From the human T2T-CHM13v2.0 reference genome, Homo sapiens, in NCBI GenBank assembly GCA_009914755.4, contig CP086569.2, positions 29,152,001-29,216,000 on the forward strand: a stretch of 64,000 bases of DNA, in the 5' to 3' direction. Position 1 is the first letter of the stretch. The number at the start of each line of letters is the position of its first letter. Positions 28,256 to 42,401 of the stretch are shown here, in pieces. A program made the translations under genes and the position numbers. The notes under the pieces were generated by a model, which was not told the DNA's origin, made no database searches, and saw only the letters and a program-made list of their open reading frames with translations.

Positions 28256-31200
28256 TTGTTTCCATTCTCTTCGATTCCGTTTCTTTATATTCCATGCCAT
28301 TCGATTCCATTCTATTGGATTGCATTACATTCGTGTTCATTCCATTCCAGACCATTCCATTTGACTCCATTCCTTTCGAGCCCTTTCAATTTGAGTACAT
28401 TCCTTTCCAGTCCATTTCACTCCAGTCCATTACTATCCATTCCATACCATTCCATCCCATTCCATTCCATTCCATTCCATTTCATTGCATTCCATTCCAT
28501 TCCATTCCATTGCACTGCACTCCATTCCATTACATTCTACTCTATCTGAGTCGATTTTATTGCATTAGATTCTATTCCATTGGATTACTTTCCATTCGAT
28601 TACATTCCATTCATGTACATTCCATTCCAGTCAATTACATTGCAGTTCATTACATTACATTCCAGCATATTCCATTCTATTCGATCCCATTCCTTTCAAT
28701 TCCGTTTCATTCGACTCCATTATATTCGATTCCATTCCACTCGAATCCATTCCATTAGAGGACATTCCATTCCAATGCATTCCATTCCATTCCATAGCAT
28801 TCCATTGCGTTCGATGCCATTCCATTTGATGCCATTCCATTTGATGCCATTCCATGACATTCCATTCCATTCGAGTCCATTCCGTTCCAATTCATTCCAT
28901 TCCGTTTCATGAAATTCGAGTCCTTTCCAGTACATTTCATTCCAATCCCATCCAATCCAATCTACTCCATTCAATTCCTTTCCATTCCACTTGATTAGAT
29001 TCCATTGATTTGATTCCATTCAGTTTGATTCCATTCCGTGAAATTTCGTTCCATTCTATTCCATTTCATTACTTTCCATTCAATTCCATTCCATTTCATT
29101 TCAGTCCATTCGCTTCCTTTCCTTTCGATTCAATTCCATTTGATTCCACTCCATTCTATGCGATTTCATTCCAATCGATTCAATTCCATTCGATGACATT
29201 CCTTTCGTTTCCATTCCATTCGAGTCCATTCAATTTGAGCATTCGTGTCCATTCTATTCGAGTCCATTCCATTACCGTCTATTCTATTCCCTTCCATTCC
29301 TGTTGATTCAATTTCATTCCCTTCCATTCGATTCCTTTCCATTCGATTCCATTCCTTTCCATTCCATTCCATTCGTTCCCATTCCATGTGATTTCATTCC
29401 ATTCCAGTCGATTATATTCGAGTCCTCTCCACTCCATTCTATTACATTCAATTCCTTTTGAGTCCGTTCCATAACACTCCATTCATTTCGATTCCATTTC
29501 TTGCCAGTTTTCTTCCATTTTATTCCATTGCGTTCGATTCCATTCCATTCGATTGCATTCCATTCGAATCCTTTCCATTCCATTTCATTCCATTCCTTTC
29601 TATTCCATTCCATTTCATTCGATTTGATTCCATTCTGTTCTATTCCATTCAATTCTTTTTCATTCCATTCGAATCCTTTCTATTGCAGTCCATTACATTC
29701 GAGTCCATTCCAATCCCTTCCATTCCATTCCATTACAGTCCATTCCAATAGATTCCATTCCTTTGCCTTCCATTCGAATCCATTCCATTCTAGTCCATTC
29801 CATTTGAGTCAATTCCATTCCAATCCATTCTATTCCTTTCCAATCCATTCGATTCCATTCGATTCAATTCCATTTGATTCTCTTTCATTCTATTTTATTC
29901 CATGCCATTTGATTGCATTGCATTCCATTCCGTTTGATTCCAGTCCATTCAAGAAAGTTCCATTCCAGTCCATTGCTTTCCAGTCCATTCCATTCCACTC
30001 TAGTCTATTCCACTCCATTCCTTTCCATTCCATTCCATATTATTCCATTCCATTCCTTTGCATTCCGTTTCCAATCTATTCGAGTCCATTGCATTCCAGT
30101 CCAATCCATTCCATTACATTCCTTTTGATTCCCTGCCAGTCGATTGCATTGCATACTAGACCATTCCAAAGGAGTCCATTCCATTCTATCTCAACACTTT
30201 CCATTCCACTCTGTTCGAGTCCATTCCATTCCAGTCCATTTAATTCAAGGGCATTCCATTCCATTCCATTCCATTTCATATTATTCCATTCCATTCAATT
30301 CCATTCCAGATGATTCCATTCCATTCTATACCATTGCTCTCTGTTCCATTCCATTCCATCTGTCTCCATTCCTTTCGTTTCGATTCCTTTCCATTCCATT
30401 CCATTACATTTGATCCTATTTTATTAAATTGCATTCTATTCGAGTGATTTCCATTCGAGTCCTTTCCATTCGATTCCATTCCATTCTATTCCATTCCTTT
30501 GGATTCCATTCCATTCCGTTCCGTTCACATCAATTCCTTGCGATTCCCTTACATTCGATTTCTTGCCATTCGATTCCATTCCTTTTGACTCCATTTCATT
30601 CGATTCCATTCCATTCCATTAATTTCCATTCCATTCGAGACCTTTCCATTGCAGTCTTTTCCCTTCGAGTCCATTCCGTTCGATTCCCTTCCATTCGATT
30701 CCATTCCATTGGAGTCCGTACCAGTCGAGTCCATTCTATTCCAGTCCATTAGTTTCGACTCCATTGCATTCGAGTGCATTCCATTCCGTGGCTGTCCATT
30801 CCATTCCGTTTGATGCCATTCCATACGATTCCGTTCAATTCGAGAGCATTCTATTCCTGTCCATTCCTTGTGGTTCGATTCCATTTCACTCTACTCCATT
30901 CCATTCCATTGAATTCCATTCGACTCTATTCCGTTCCATTCAATTCCATTCCATTCGATTCCATTTTTTTCGAGAACCTTCCATTACACTCCCTTCCATT
31001 CCAGTGCATTCCATTCCAGTCTCTTCAGTTCGATTCCATTCCATTCGTTTCGATTCCTTTCCGTTCCAGCCCATTCCATTCCATTCCATTCCTTTCCTTT
31101 CCGTTTCATTAGATTCCATTGCATTCGATTCCATTCAATTCAATTCCGTGCTATTCAATTTGATTCATTTCCATTTAATTCCATTCCATTAGATTCCATT

Positions 31201-31799
31201 CCGTTCGATTCCATTCCTTTCGAATCCATTCCATTGGAGTCCATTCACTTCCAGAACATTCCATTCCAGTCGAATCCATTCGAGTACATTCCATTAAAGT
31301 TCATTACATTCTAATACATTCCATTCCATTCCATTCCATTCCATTCCATTCGATGCCATTCGATTCCATTCCATGCCAAATCATTGCATTCCTTTCCATT
31401 CCGTTCCTATCAATTCCATTCCATTCGATTTAGTTCGATTCTATTCACTTCCATTCCATTCGATTCCATTCCATTGGAGTCAATTCCTTTCGACACCCAG
31501 CCTTTCCAGTCAATGATTTTGGATTCCATTTTTTTGCATTCCATTACATTCTATGACATTCGATTCCGTTTCATTGCATTCCATTCCATACATTTTTATT
31601 CCATTCGAGACCGTAGCATTCCACTTTATTCCAGGCCTGTCCATTACACTACATTCCCTTCCATTCCAATGAATTCCATTCCATTCCAATCCATTCCTTT
31701 CCTTTCGCTTGCATTCCATTCTATTCTCTTCTACTGCATACAATTTCACTCCATTCGTTCCCATTCCATTCAATTCCATTCCATTCAATTCCATTCCAT
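28256..31799. repeat. DYZ1/HSat3 HOR unit U9 (3544 bp; type A)
   Basis: Marker at 28256 and 31800. Canonical 'cctttgccttccattcgaatcc...tttgagtcaattcc' at 29760-29820. Confidence 0.75.
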
Positions 31800-34700
31800 T
31801 TGTTTCCATTCTCTTCGATTCCATTTCTTTATATTCCATGCCATTCGATTCCATTCTATTGGATTGCATTACATTCGTGTTCATTCCATTCCAGACCATT
31901 CCATTTGACTCCATTCCTTTCGAGCCCTTTCAATTTGAGTCCATTCCTTTCCAGTCCATTTCACTCCAGTCCATTACTATCCATTCCATACCATTCCATC
32001 CCATTCCATTCCATTCCATTGCATTCCATTCCATTCCATTCCATTGCACTGCAATCCATTCCATTACATTCTACTCTATCTGAGTCGATTTTATTGCATT
32101 AGATTCTATTCCATTGGATTACTTTCCATTCGATTACATTCCATTCATGTACATTCCATTCCAGTCAATTACATTCCAGTTCATTACATTACATTCCAGT
32201 ATATTCCATTCTATTCGATCCCATTCCTTTCAATTCCGTTTCATTCGACTCCATTATATTCGATTCCATTCCACTCGAATCCATTCCATTAGAGGACATT
32301 CCATTCCAATGCATTCCATTCCATTCCATAGCATTCCATTGCGTTCGATTCCATTCCATTTGATGCCATTCCATTTGATGCCATTCCATGACATTCCATT
32401 CCATTCGAGTCCATTCCGTTCCAATTCATTCCATTCCGTTTCATGAAATTCGAGTCCTTTCCAGTACATTTCATTCCAATCCCATCCAATCCAATCTACT
32501 CCATTCAATTCCTTTCCATTCCACTTGATTAGATTCCATTGATTTGATTCCATTCAGTTTGATTCCATTCCGTGAAATTTCGTTCCATTCTATTCCATTG
32601 CATTACTTTCCATTCAATTCCATTCCATTTCATTTCAGTCCATTCGCTTCCTTTCCTTTCGATTCAATTCCATTTGATTCCACTCCATTCTATGCGATTT
32701 CATTCCAATCGATTCAATTCCATTCGATGACATTCCTTTCGTTTCCATTCCATTCGAGTCCATTCAATTTGAGCATTCGTGTCCATTCTATTCGAGTCCA
32801 TTCCATTACCGTCTATTCTATTCCCTTCCATTCCTGTTGATTCAATTTCATTCCCTTCCATTCGATTCCTTTCCATTCGATTCCATTCCTTTCCATTCCA
32901 TTCCATTCGTTCCCATTCCATGTTATTTCATTCCATTCCAGTCCATTATATTCGAGTCCACTCCACTCCATTCTATTACATTCAATTCCTTTTGAGTCCG
33001 TTCCATAACACTCCATTCATTTCGATTCCATTTCTTGCCAGTTTTCTTCCATTTTATTCCATTCCGTTCGATTCCATTCCATTCGATTGCATTCCATTCG
33101 AATCCTTTCCATTCCATTTCATTCCATTCCTTTCTATTCCATTCCATTTCATTCGATTTGATTCCATTCTGTTCTATTCCATTCAATTCTTTTTCATTCC
33201 ATTCGAATCCTTTCTATTGCAGTCCATTCCATTCGAGTCCATTCCAATCCCTTCCATTCCATTCCATTACAGTCCATTCCAATAGATTCCATTCCATTCT
33301 ATTCTATTCGGGTTAATTCCACTCCATTCCATTCCATTCTATTCCTTTCCAATCCATTCGATTCCATTCGATTCAATTCCATTTGATTCTCTTTCATTCT
33401 ATTTTATTCCATGCCATTTGATTGCATTGCATTCCATTCCGTTTGATTCCAGTCCATTCAAGAAAGTTCCATTCCAGTCCATTGCTTTCGAGTCCATTCC
33501 ATTCCACTCTAGTCTATTCCACTCCATTCCTTTCCATTCCATTCCATACTATTCCATTCCATTCCTTTGCATTCCGTTTCCAATCTATTCGAGTCCATTG
33601 CATTCCAGTCCAATCCATTCCATTACATTCCTTTTGATTCCCTGCCAGTCGATTGCATTGCATACTAGACCATTCCAAAGGAGTCCATTCCATTCTATCT
33701 CAACACTTTCCATTCCAGTCTGTTCGAGTCCATTCCATTCCAGTCCATTTAATTCAAGGGCATTCCATTCCATTCCATTCCATTTCATATTATTCCATTC
33801 CATTCAATTCCATTCCAGATGATTCCATTCCATTCTATACCATTGCTCTCTGTTCCATTCCATTCCATCTGTCTCCATTCCTTTCGTTTCGATTCCTTTC
33901 CATTCCATTCCATTACATTTGATCCTATTTTATTAAATTGCATTCTATTCGAGTGATTTCCATTCGAGTCCTTTCCATTCGATTCCATTCCATTCTATTC
34001 CATTCCTTTGGATTCCATTCCATTCCGTTTCGTTCACATCAATTCCTTGCGATTCCATTACATTCGAATTCTTGCCATTCGATTCCATTCCTTTTGACTC
34101 CATTTCATTCGATTCCATTCCATTCCATTAATTTCCATTCCATTCGAGACCTTTCCATTGCAGTCTTTTCCCTTCGAGTCCATTCCGTTCGATTCCCTTC
34201 CATTCGATTCCATTCCATTGGAGTCCGTACCAGTCGAGTCCATTCTATTCCAGTCCATTAGTTTCGACTCCATTGCATTCGAGTGCATTCCATTCCGTGG
34301 CTGTCCATTCCATTCCGTTTGATGCCATTCCATACGATTCCATTCAATTCGAGACCATTCTATTCCTGTCCATTCCTTGTGGTTCCATTCCATTTCACTC
34401 TAGTCCATTCCATTCCATTCAATTCCATTCGACTCTATTCCGTTCCATTCAATTCCATTCCATTCCATTCCATTTTTTTCGAGAACCTTCCATTACACTC
34501 CCTTCCATTCCAGTGCATTCCATTCCAGTCTCTTCAGTTCGATTCCATTCCATTCGTTTCGATTCCTTTCCGTTCCAGCCCATTCCATTCCATTCCATTC
34601 CTTTCCTTTCCGTTTCATTAGATTCCATTGCATTCGATTCCATTCAATTCAATTCCGTGCTATTCAATTTGTTTCATTTCCATTTAATTCCATTCCATTA

Positions 34701-35308
34701 GATTCCATTCCGTTCGATTCCATTCCTTTCGAATCCATTCCATTGGAGTCCATTCACTTCCAGAACATTCCATTCCAGTCGAATCCATTCGAGTACATTC
34801 CATTAAAGTTCATTACATTCTAATACATTCCATTCCATTGCATTCCATTCCATTCCATTCGATGCCATTCGATTCCATTCCATGCCAAATCATTGCATTC
34901 CTTTCCATTCCGTTCCTATCAATTCCATTCCATTCGATTTAGTTCGATTCTATTCACTTCCATTCCATTCGATTCCATTCCATTGGAGTCAATTCCTTTC
35001 GACACCCAGCCTTTCCAGTCAATGTTTTTGGATTCCATTTTTTTGCATTCCATTACATTCTATGACATTCGATTCCGTTTCATTGCATTCCATTCCATAC
35101 AATTTTATTCCATTCGAGACCGTAGCATTCCACTTTTTTCCAGGCCTGTCCATTACACTACATTCCCTTCCATTCCAATGAATTCCATTCCATTCCAATC
35201 CATTCCTTTCCTTTCGCTTGCATTCCATTCTATTCTCTTCTACTGCATACAATTTCACTCCATTCGTTCCCATTCCATTCAATTCCATTCCATTCAATTC
35301 CATTCCAT
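31800..35308. repeat. DYZ1/HSat3 HOR unit U10 (3509 bp; type B)
   Basis: Marker at 31800 and 35309. 'ctattcgggttaattcc' at ~33301-33320. Confidence 0.75.
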
Positions 35309-38300
35309 TTGTTTCCATTCTCTTCGATTCCGTTTCTTTATATTCCATGCCATTCGATTCCATTCTATTGGATTGCATTACATTCGTGTTCATTCCATTC
35401 CAGACCATTCCATTTGACTCCATTCCTTTCGAGCCCTTTCAATTTGAGTCCATTCCTTTCCAGTCCATTTCACTCCAGTCCATTACTATCCATTCCATAC
35501 CATTCCATCCCATTCCATTCCATTCCATTCCATTTCATTGCATTCCATTCCATTCCATTCCATTGCACTGCACTCCATTCCATTACATTCTACTCTATCT
35601 GAGTCGATTTTATTGCATTAGATTCTATTCCATTGGATTACTTTCCATTCGATTACATTCCATTCATGTACATTCCATTCCAGTCAATTACATTGCAGTT
35701 CATTACATTACATTCCAGCATATTCCATTCTATTCGATCCCATTCCTTTCAATTCCGTTTCATTCGACTCCATTATATTCGATTCCATTCCACTCGAATC
35801 CATTCCATTAGAGGACATTCCATTCCAATGCATTCCATTCCATTCCATAGCATTCCATTGCGTTCGATTCCATTCCATTTGATGCCATTCCATTTGATGC
35901 CATTCCATGACATTCCATTCCATTCGAGTCCATTCCGTTCCAATTCATTCCATTCCGTTTCATGAAATTCGAGTCCTTTCCAGTACATTTCATTCCAATC
36001 CCATCCAATCCAATCTACTCCATTCAATTCCTTTCCATTCCACTTGATTAGATTCCATTGATTTGATTCCATTCAGTTTGATTCCATTCCGTGAAATTTC
36101 GTTCCATTCTATTCCATTGCATTACTTTCCATTCAATTCCATTCCATTTCATTTCAGTCCATTCGCTTCCTTTCCTTTCGATTCAATTCCATTTGATTCC
36201 ACTCCATTCTATGCGATTTCATTCCAATCGATTCAATTCCATTCGATGACATTCCTTTCGTTTCCATTCCATTCGAGTCCATTCAATTTGAGCATTCGTG
36301 TCCATTCTATTCGAGTCCATTGCATTACCGTCTATTCTATTCCCTTCCATTCCTGTTGATTCAATTTCATTCCCTTCCATTCGATTCCTTTCCATTCGAT
36401 TCCATTCCTTTCCATTCCATTCCATTCGTTCCCATTCCATGTGATTTCATTCCATTCCAGTCGATTATATTCGAGTCCTCTCCACTCCATTCTATTACAT
36501 TCAATTCCTTTTGAGTCCGTTCCATAACACTCCATTCATTTCGATTCCATTTCTTGCCAGTTTTCTTCCATTTTATTCCATTGCGTTCGATTCCATTCCA
36601 TTCGATTGCATTCCATTCGAATCCTTTCCATTCCATTTCATTCCATTCCTTTCTATTCCATTCCATTTCATTCGATTTGATTCCATTCTGTTCTATTCCA
36701 TTCAATTCTTTTTCATTCCATTCGAATCCTTTCTATTGCAGTCCATTCCATTCGAGTCCATTCCAATCCCTTCCATTCCATTCCATTACAGTCCATTCCA
36801 ATAGATTCCATTCCTTTGCCTTCCATTCGAATCCATTCCATTCTAGTCCATTCCATTTGAGTCAATTCCATTCCAATCCATTCTATTCCTTTCCAATCCA
36901 TTCGATTCCATTTGATTCAATTCCATTTGATTCTCTTTCATTCTATTTTATTCCATGCCATTTGATTGCATTGCATTCCATTCCGTTTGATTCCAGTCCA
37001 TTCAAGAAAGTTCCATTCCAGTCCATTGCTTTCCAGTCCATTCCATTCCACTCTAGTCTATTCCACTCCATTCCTTTCCATTCCATTCCATATTATTCCA
37101 TTCCATTCCTTTGCATTCCGTTTCCAATCTATTCGAGTCCATTGCATTCCCGTCCAATCCATTCCATTACATTCCTTTTGATTCCCTGCCAGTCGATTGC
37201 ATTGCATACTAGACCATTCCAAAGGAGTCCATTCCATTCTATCTCAACACTTTCCATTCCACTCTGTTCGAGTCCATTCCATTCCAGTCCATTTAATTCA
37301 AGGGCATTCCATTCCATTCCATTCCATTTCATATTATTCCATTCCATTCAATTCCATTCCAGATGATTCCATTCCATTCTATACCATTGCTCTCTGTTCC
37401 ATTCCATTCCATCTGTCTCCATTCCTTTCGTTTCGATTCCTTTCCATTCCATTCCATTACATTTGATCCTATTTTATTAAATTGCATTCTATTCGAGTGA
37501 TTTCCATTCGAGTCCTTTCCATTCGATTCCATTCCATTCTATTCCATTCCTTTGGATTCCATTCCATTCCGTTCCGTTCACATCAATTCCTTGCGATTCC
37601 ATTACATTCGATTTCTTGCCATTCGATTCCATTCCTTTTGACTCCATTTCATTCGATTCCATTCCATTCCATTAATTTCCATTCCATTCGAGACCTTTCC
37701 ATTGCAGTCTTTTCCCTTCGAGTCCATTCCGTTCGATTCCCTTCCATTCGATTCCATTCCATTGGAGTCCGTACCAGTCGAGTCCATTCTATTCCAGTCC
37801 ATTAGTTTCGACTCCATTGCATTCGAGTGCATTCCATTCCGTGGCTGTCCATTCCATTCCGTTTGATGCCATTCCATACGATTCCATTCAATTCGAGAGC
37901 ATTCTATTCCTGTCCATTCCTTGTGGTTCGATTCCATTTCACTCTAGTCCATTCCATTCCATTGAATTCCATTCGACTCTATTCCGTTCCATTCAATTCC
38001 ATTCCATTCGATTCCATTTTTTTCGAGAACCTTCCATTACACTCCCTTCCATTCCAGTGCATTCCATTCCAGTCTCTTCAGTTCGATTCCATTCCATTCG
38101 TTTCGATTCCTTTCCGTTCCAGCCCATTCCATTCCATTCCATTCCTTTCCTTTCCGTTTCATTAGATTCCATTGCATTCGATTCCATTCAATTCAATTCC
38201 GTGCTATTCAATTTGATTCATTTCCATTTAATTCCATTCCATTAGATTCCATTCCGTTCGATTCCATTCCTTTCGAATCCATTCCATTGGAGTCCATTCA

Positions 38301-38852
38301 CTTCCAGAACATTCCATTCCAGTCGAATCCATTCGAGGACATTCCATTAAAGTTCATTACATTCTAATACATTCCATTCCATTGCATTCCATTCCATTCC
38401 ATTCGATGCCATTCGATTCCATTCCATGCCAAATCATTGCATTCCTTTCCATTCCGTTCCTATCAATTCCATTCCATTCGATTTAGTTCGATTCTATTCA
38501 CTTCCATTCCATTCGATTCCATTCCATTGGAGTCAATTCCTTTCGACACCCAGCCTTTCCAGTCAATGATTTTGGATTCCATTTTTTTGCATTCCATTAC
38601 ATTCTATGACATTCGATTCCGTTTCATTGCATTCCATTCCATACATTTTTATTCCATTCGAGACCGTAGCATTCCACTTTATTCCAGGCCTGTCCATTAC
38701 ACTACATTCCCTTCCATTCCAATGAATTCCATTCCATTCCAATCCATTCCTTTCCTTTCGCTTGCATTCCATTCTATTCTCTTCTACTGCATACAATTTC
38801 ACTCCATTCGTTCCCATTCCATTCAATTCCATTCCATTCAATTCCATTCCAT
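35309..38852. repeat. DYZ1/HSat3 HOR unit U11 (3544 bp; type A)
   Basis: Marker at 35309 and 38853. Confidence 0.75.
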
Positions 38853-41800
38853 TTGTTTCCATTCTCTTCGATTCCATTTCTTTATATTCCATGCCATTCG
38901 ATTCCATTCTATTGGATTGCATTACATTCGTGTTCATTCCATTCCAGACCATTCCATTTGACTCCATTCCTTTCGAGCCCTTTCAATTTGAGTCCATTCC
39001 TTTCCAGTCCATTTCACTCCAGTCCATTACTATCCATTCCATACCATTCCATCCCATTCCATTCCATTCCATTGCATTCCATTCCATTCCATTCCATTGC
39101 ACTGCAATCCATTCCATTACATTCTACTCTATCTGAGTCGATTTTATTGCATTAGATTCTATTCCATTGGATTACTTTCCATTCGATTACATTCCATTCA
39201 TGTACATTCCATTCCAGTCAATTACATTCCAGTTCATTACATTACATTCCAGTATATTCCATTCTATTCGATCCCATTCCTTTCAATTCCGTTTCATTCG
39301 ACTCCATTATATTCGATTCCATTCCACTCGAATCCATTCCATTAGAGGACATTCCATTCCAATGCATTCCATTCCATTCCATAGCATTCCATTGCGTTCG
39401 ATTCCATTCCATTTGATGCCATTCCATTTGATGCCATTCCATGACATTCCATTCCATTCGAGTCCATTCCGTTCCAATTCATTCCATTCCGTTTCATGAA
39501 ATTCGAGTCCTTTCCAGTACATTTCATTCCAATCCCATCCAATCCAATCTACTCCATTCAATTCCTTTCCATTCCACTTGATTAGATTCCATTGATTTGA
39601 TTCCATTCAGTTTGATTCCATTCCGTGAAATTTCGTTCCATTCTATTCCATTGCATTACTTTCCATTCAATTCCATTCCATTTCATTTCAGTCCATTCGC
39701 TTCCTTTCCTTTCGATTCAATTCCATTTGATTCCACTCCATTCTATGCGATTTCATTCCAATCGATTCAATTCCATTCGATGACATTCCTTTCGTTTCCA
39801 TTCCATTCGAGTCCATTCAATTTGAGCATTCGTGTCCATTCTATTCGAGTCCATTCCATTACCGTCTATTCTATTCCCTTCCATTCCTGTTGATTCAATT
39901 TCATTCCCTTCCATTCGATTCCTTTCCATTCGATTCCATTCCTTTCCATTCCATTCCATTCGTTCCCATTCCATGTGATTTCATTCCATTCCAGTCCATT
40001 ATATTCGAGTCCACTCCACTCCATTCTATTACATTCAATTCCTTTTGAGTCCGTTCCATAACACTCCATTCATTTCGATTCCATTTCTTGCCAGTTTTCT
40101 TCCATTTTATTCCATTCCGTTCGATTCCATTCCATTCGATTGCATTCCATTCGAATCCTTTCCATTCCATTTCATTCCATTCCTTTCTATTCCATTCCAT
40201 TTCATTCGATTTGATTCCATTCTGTTCTATTCCATTCAATTCTTTTTCATTCCATTCGAATCCTTTCTATTGCAGTCCATTCCATTCGAGTCCATTCCAA
40301 TCCCTTCCATTCCATTCCATTACAGTCCATTCCAATAGATTCCATTCCTTTGCCTTCCATTCGAATCCATTCCATTCTAGTCCATTCCATTTGAGTCAAT
40401 TCCATTCCATTCCATTCTATTCCTTTCCAATCCATTCCATTCCATTCGATTCAATTCCATTTGATTCTCTTTCATTCTATTTTATTCCATGCCATTTGAT
40501 TGCATTGCATTCCATTCCGTTTGATTCCAGTCCATTCAAGAAAGTTCCATTCCAGTCCATTGCTTTCGAGTCCATTCCATTCCACTCTAGTCTATTCCAC
40601 TCCATTCCTTTCCATTCCATTCCATACTATTCCATTCCATTCCTTTGCATTCCGTTTCCAATCTATTCGAGTCCATTGCATTCCAGTCCAATCCATTCGA
40701 TTACATTCCTTTTGATTCCCTGCCAGTCGATTGCATTGCATACTAGACCATTCCAAAGGAGTCCATTCCATTCTATCTCAACACTTTCCATTCCACTCTG
40801 TTCGAGTCCATTCCATTCCAGTCCATTTAATTCAAGGGCATTCCATTCCATTCCATTCCATTTCATATTATTCCATTCCATTCAATTCCATTCCAAATGA
40901 TTGCATTCCATTCTATACCATTGCTCTCTGTTCCATTCCATTCCATCTGTCTCCATTCCTTTCGTTTCGATTGCTTTCCATTCCATTCCATTACATTTGA
41001 TCCTATTTTATTAAATTGCATTCTATTCGAGTGATTTCCATTCGAGTACTTTCCATTCGATTCCATTCCATTCTATTCCATTCCTTTGGATTCCATTCCA
41101 TTCCGTTCCGTTCACATCAATTCCTTGCGATTCCATTACATTCGATTTCTTGCCATTCGATTCCATTCCTTTTGACTCCATTTCATTCGATTCCATTCCA
41201 TTCCATTAATTTCCATTCCATTCGAGACCTTTCCATTGCAGTCTTTTCCCTTCGAGTCCATTCCGTTCGATTCCCTTCCATTCGATTCCATTCCATTGGA
41301 GTCCGTACCAGTCGATTCCATTCTATTCCAGTCCATTAGTTTCGACTCCATTGCATTCGAGTGCATTCCATTCCGTGGCTGTCCATTCCATTCCGTTTGA
41401 TGCCATTCCATACGATTCCATTCAATTCGAGACCATTCTATTCCTGTCCATTCCTTGTGGTTCGATTCCATTTCACTCTAGTCCATTCCATTCCATTCAA
41501 TTCCATTCGACTCTATTCCGTTCCATTCAATTCCATTCCATTCGATTCCATTCCATTCGATTCCATTTTTTTCGAGAACCTTCCATTACACTCCCTTCCA
41601 TTCCAGTGCATTCCATTCCAGTCTCTTCAGTTCGATTCCATTCCATTCGTTTCGATTCCTTTCCATTCCAGCCCATTCCATTCCATTCCATTCCTTTCCT
41701 TTCCGTTTCATTAGATTCCATTGCATTCCATTCCATTCAATTCAATTCCGTGCTATTGAATTTGATTCATTTCCATTTAATTCCATTCCATTAGATTCCA

Positions 41801-42401
41801 TTCCGTTCGATTCCATTCCTTTCGAATCCATTCCATTGGAGTCCATTCACTTCCAGAACATTCCATTCCAGTCGAATCCATTCGAGTACATTCCATTAAA
41901 GTTCATTACATTCTAATACATTCCATTCCATTGCATTCCATTCCATTCCATTCGATGCCATTCGATTCCATTCCATGCCAAATCATTGCATTCCTTTCCA
42001 TTCCGTTCCTATCAATTCCATTCCATTCGATTTAGTTCGATTCTATTCACTTCCATTCCATTCGATTCCATTCCATTGGAGTCAATTCCTTTCGACACCC
42101 AGCCTTTCCAGTCAATGATTTTGGATTCCATTTTTTTGCATTCCATTACATTCTATGACATTCGATTCCGTTTCATTGCATTCCATTCCATACATTTTTA
42201 TTCCATTCGAGACCGTAGCATTCCACTTTATTCCAGGCCTGTCCATTACACTACATTCCCTTCCATTCCAATGAATTCCATTCCATTCCAATCCATTCCT
42301 TTCCTTTCGCTTGCATTCCATTCTATTCTCTTCTACTGCATACAATTTCACTCCATTCGTTCCCATTCCATTCAATTCCATTCCATTCAATTCCATTCCA
42401 T
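38853..42401. repeat. DYZ1/HSat3 HOR unit U12 (3549 bp; type A)
   Basis: Marker at 38853 and 42402. Confidence 0.75.
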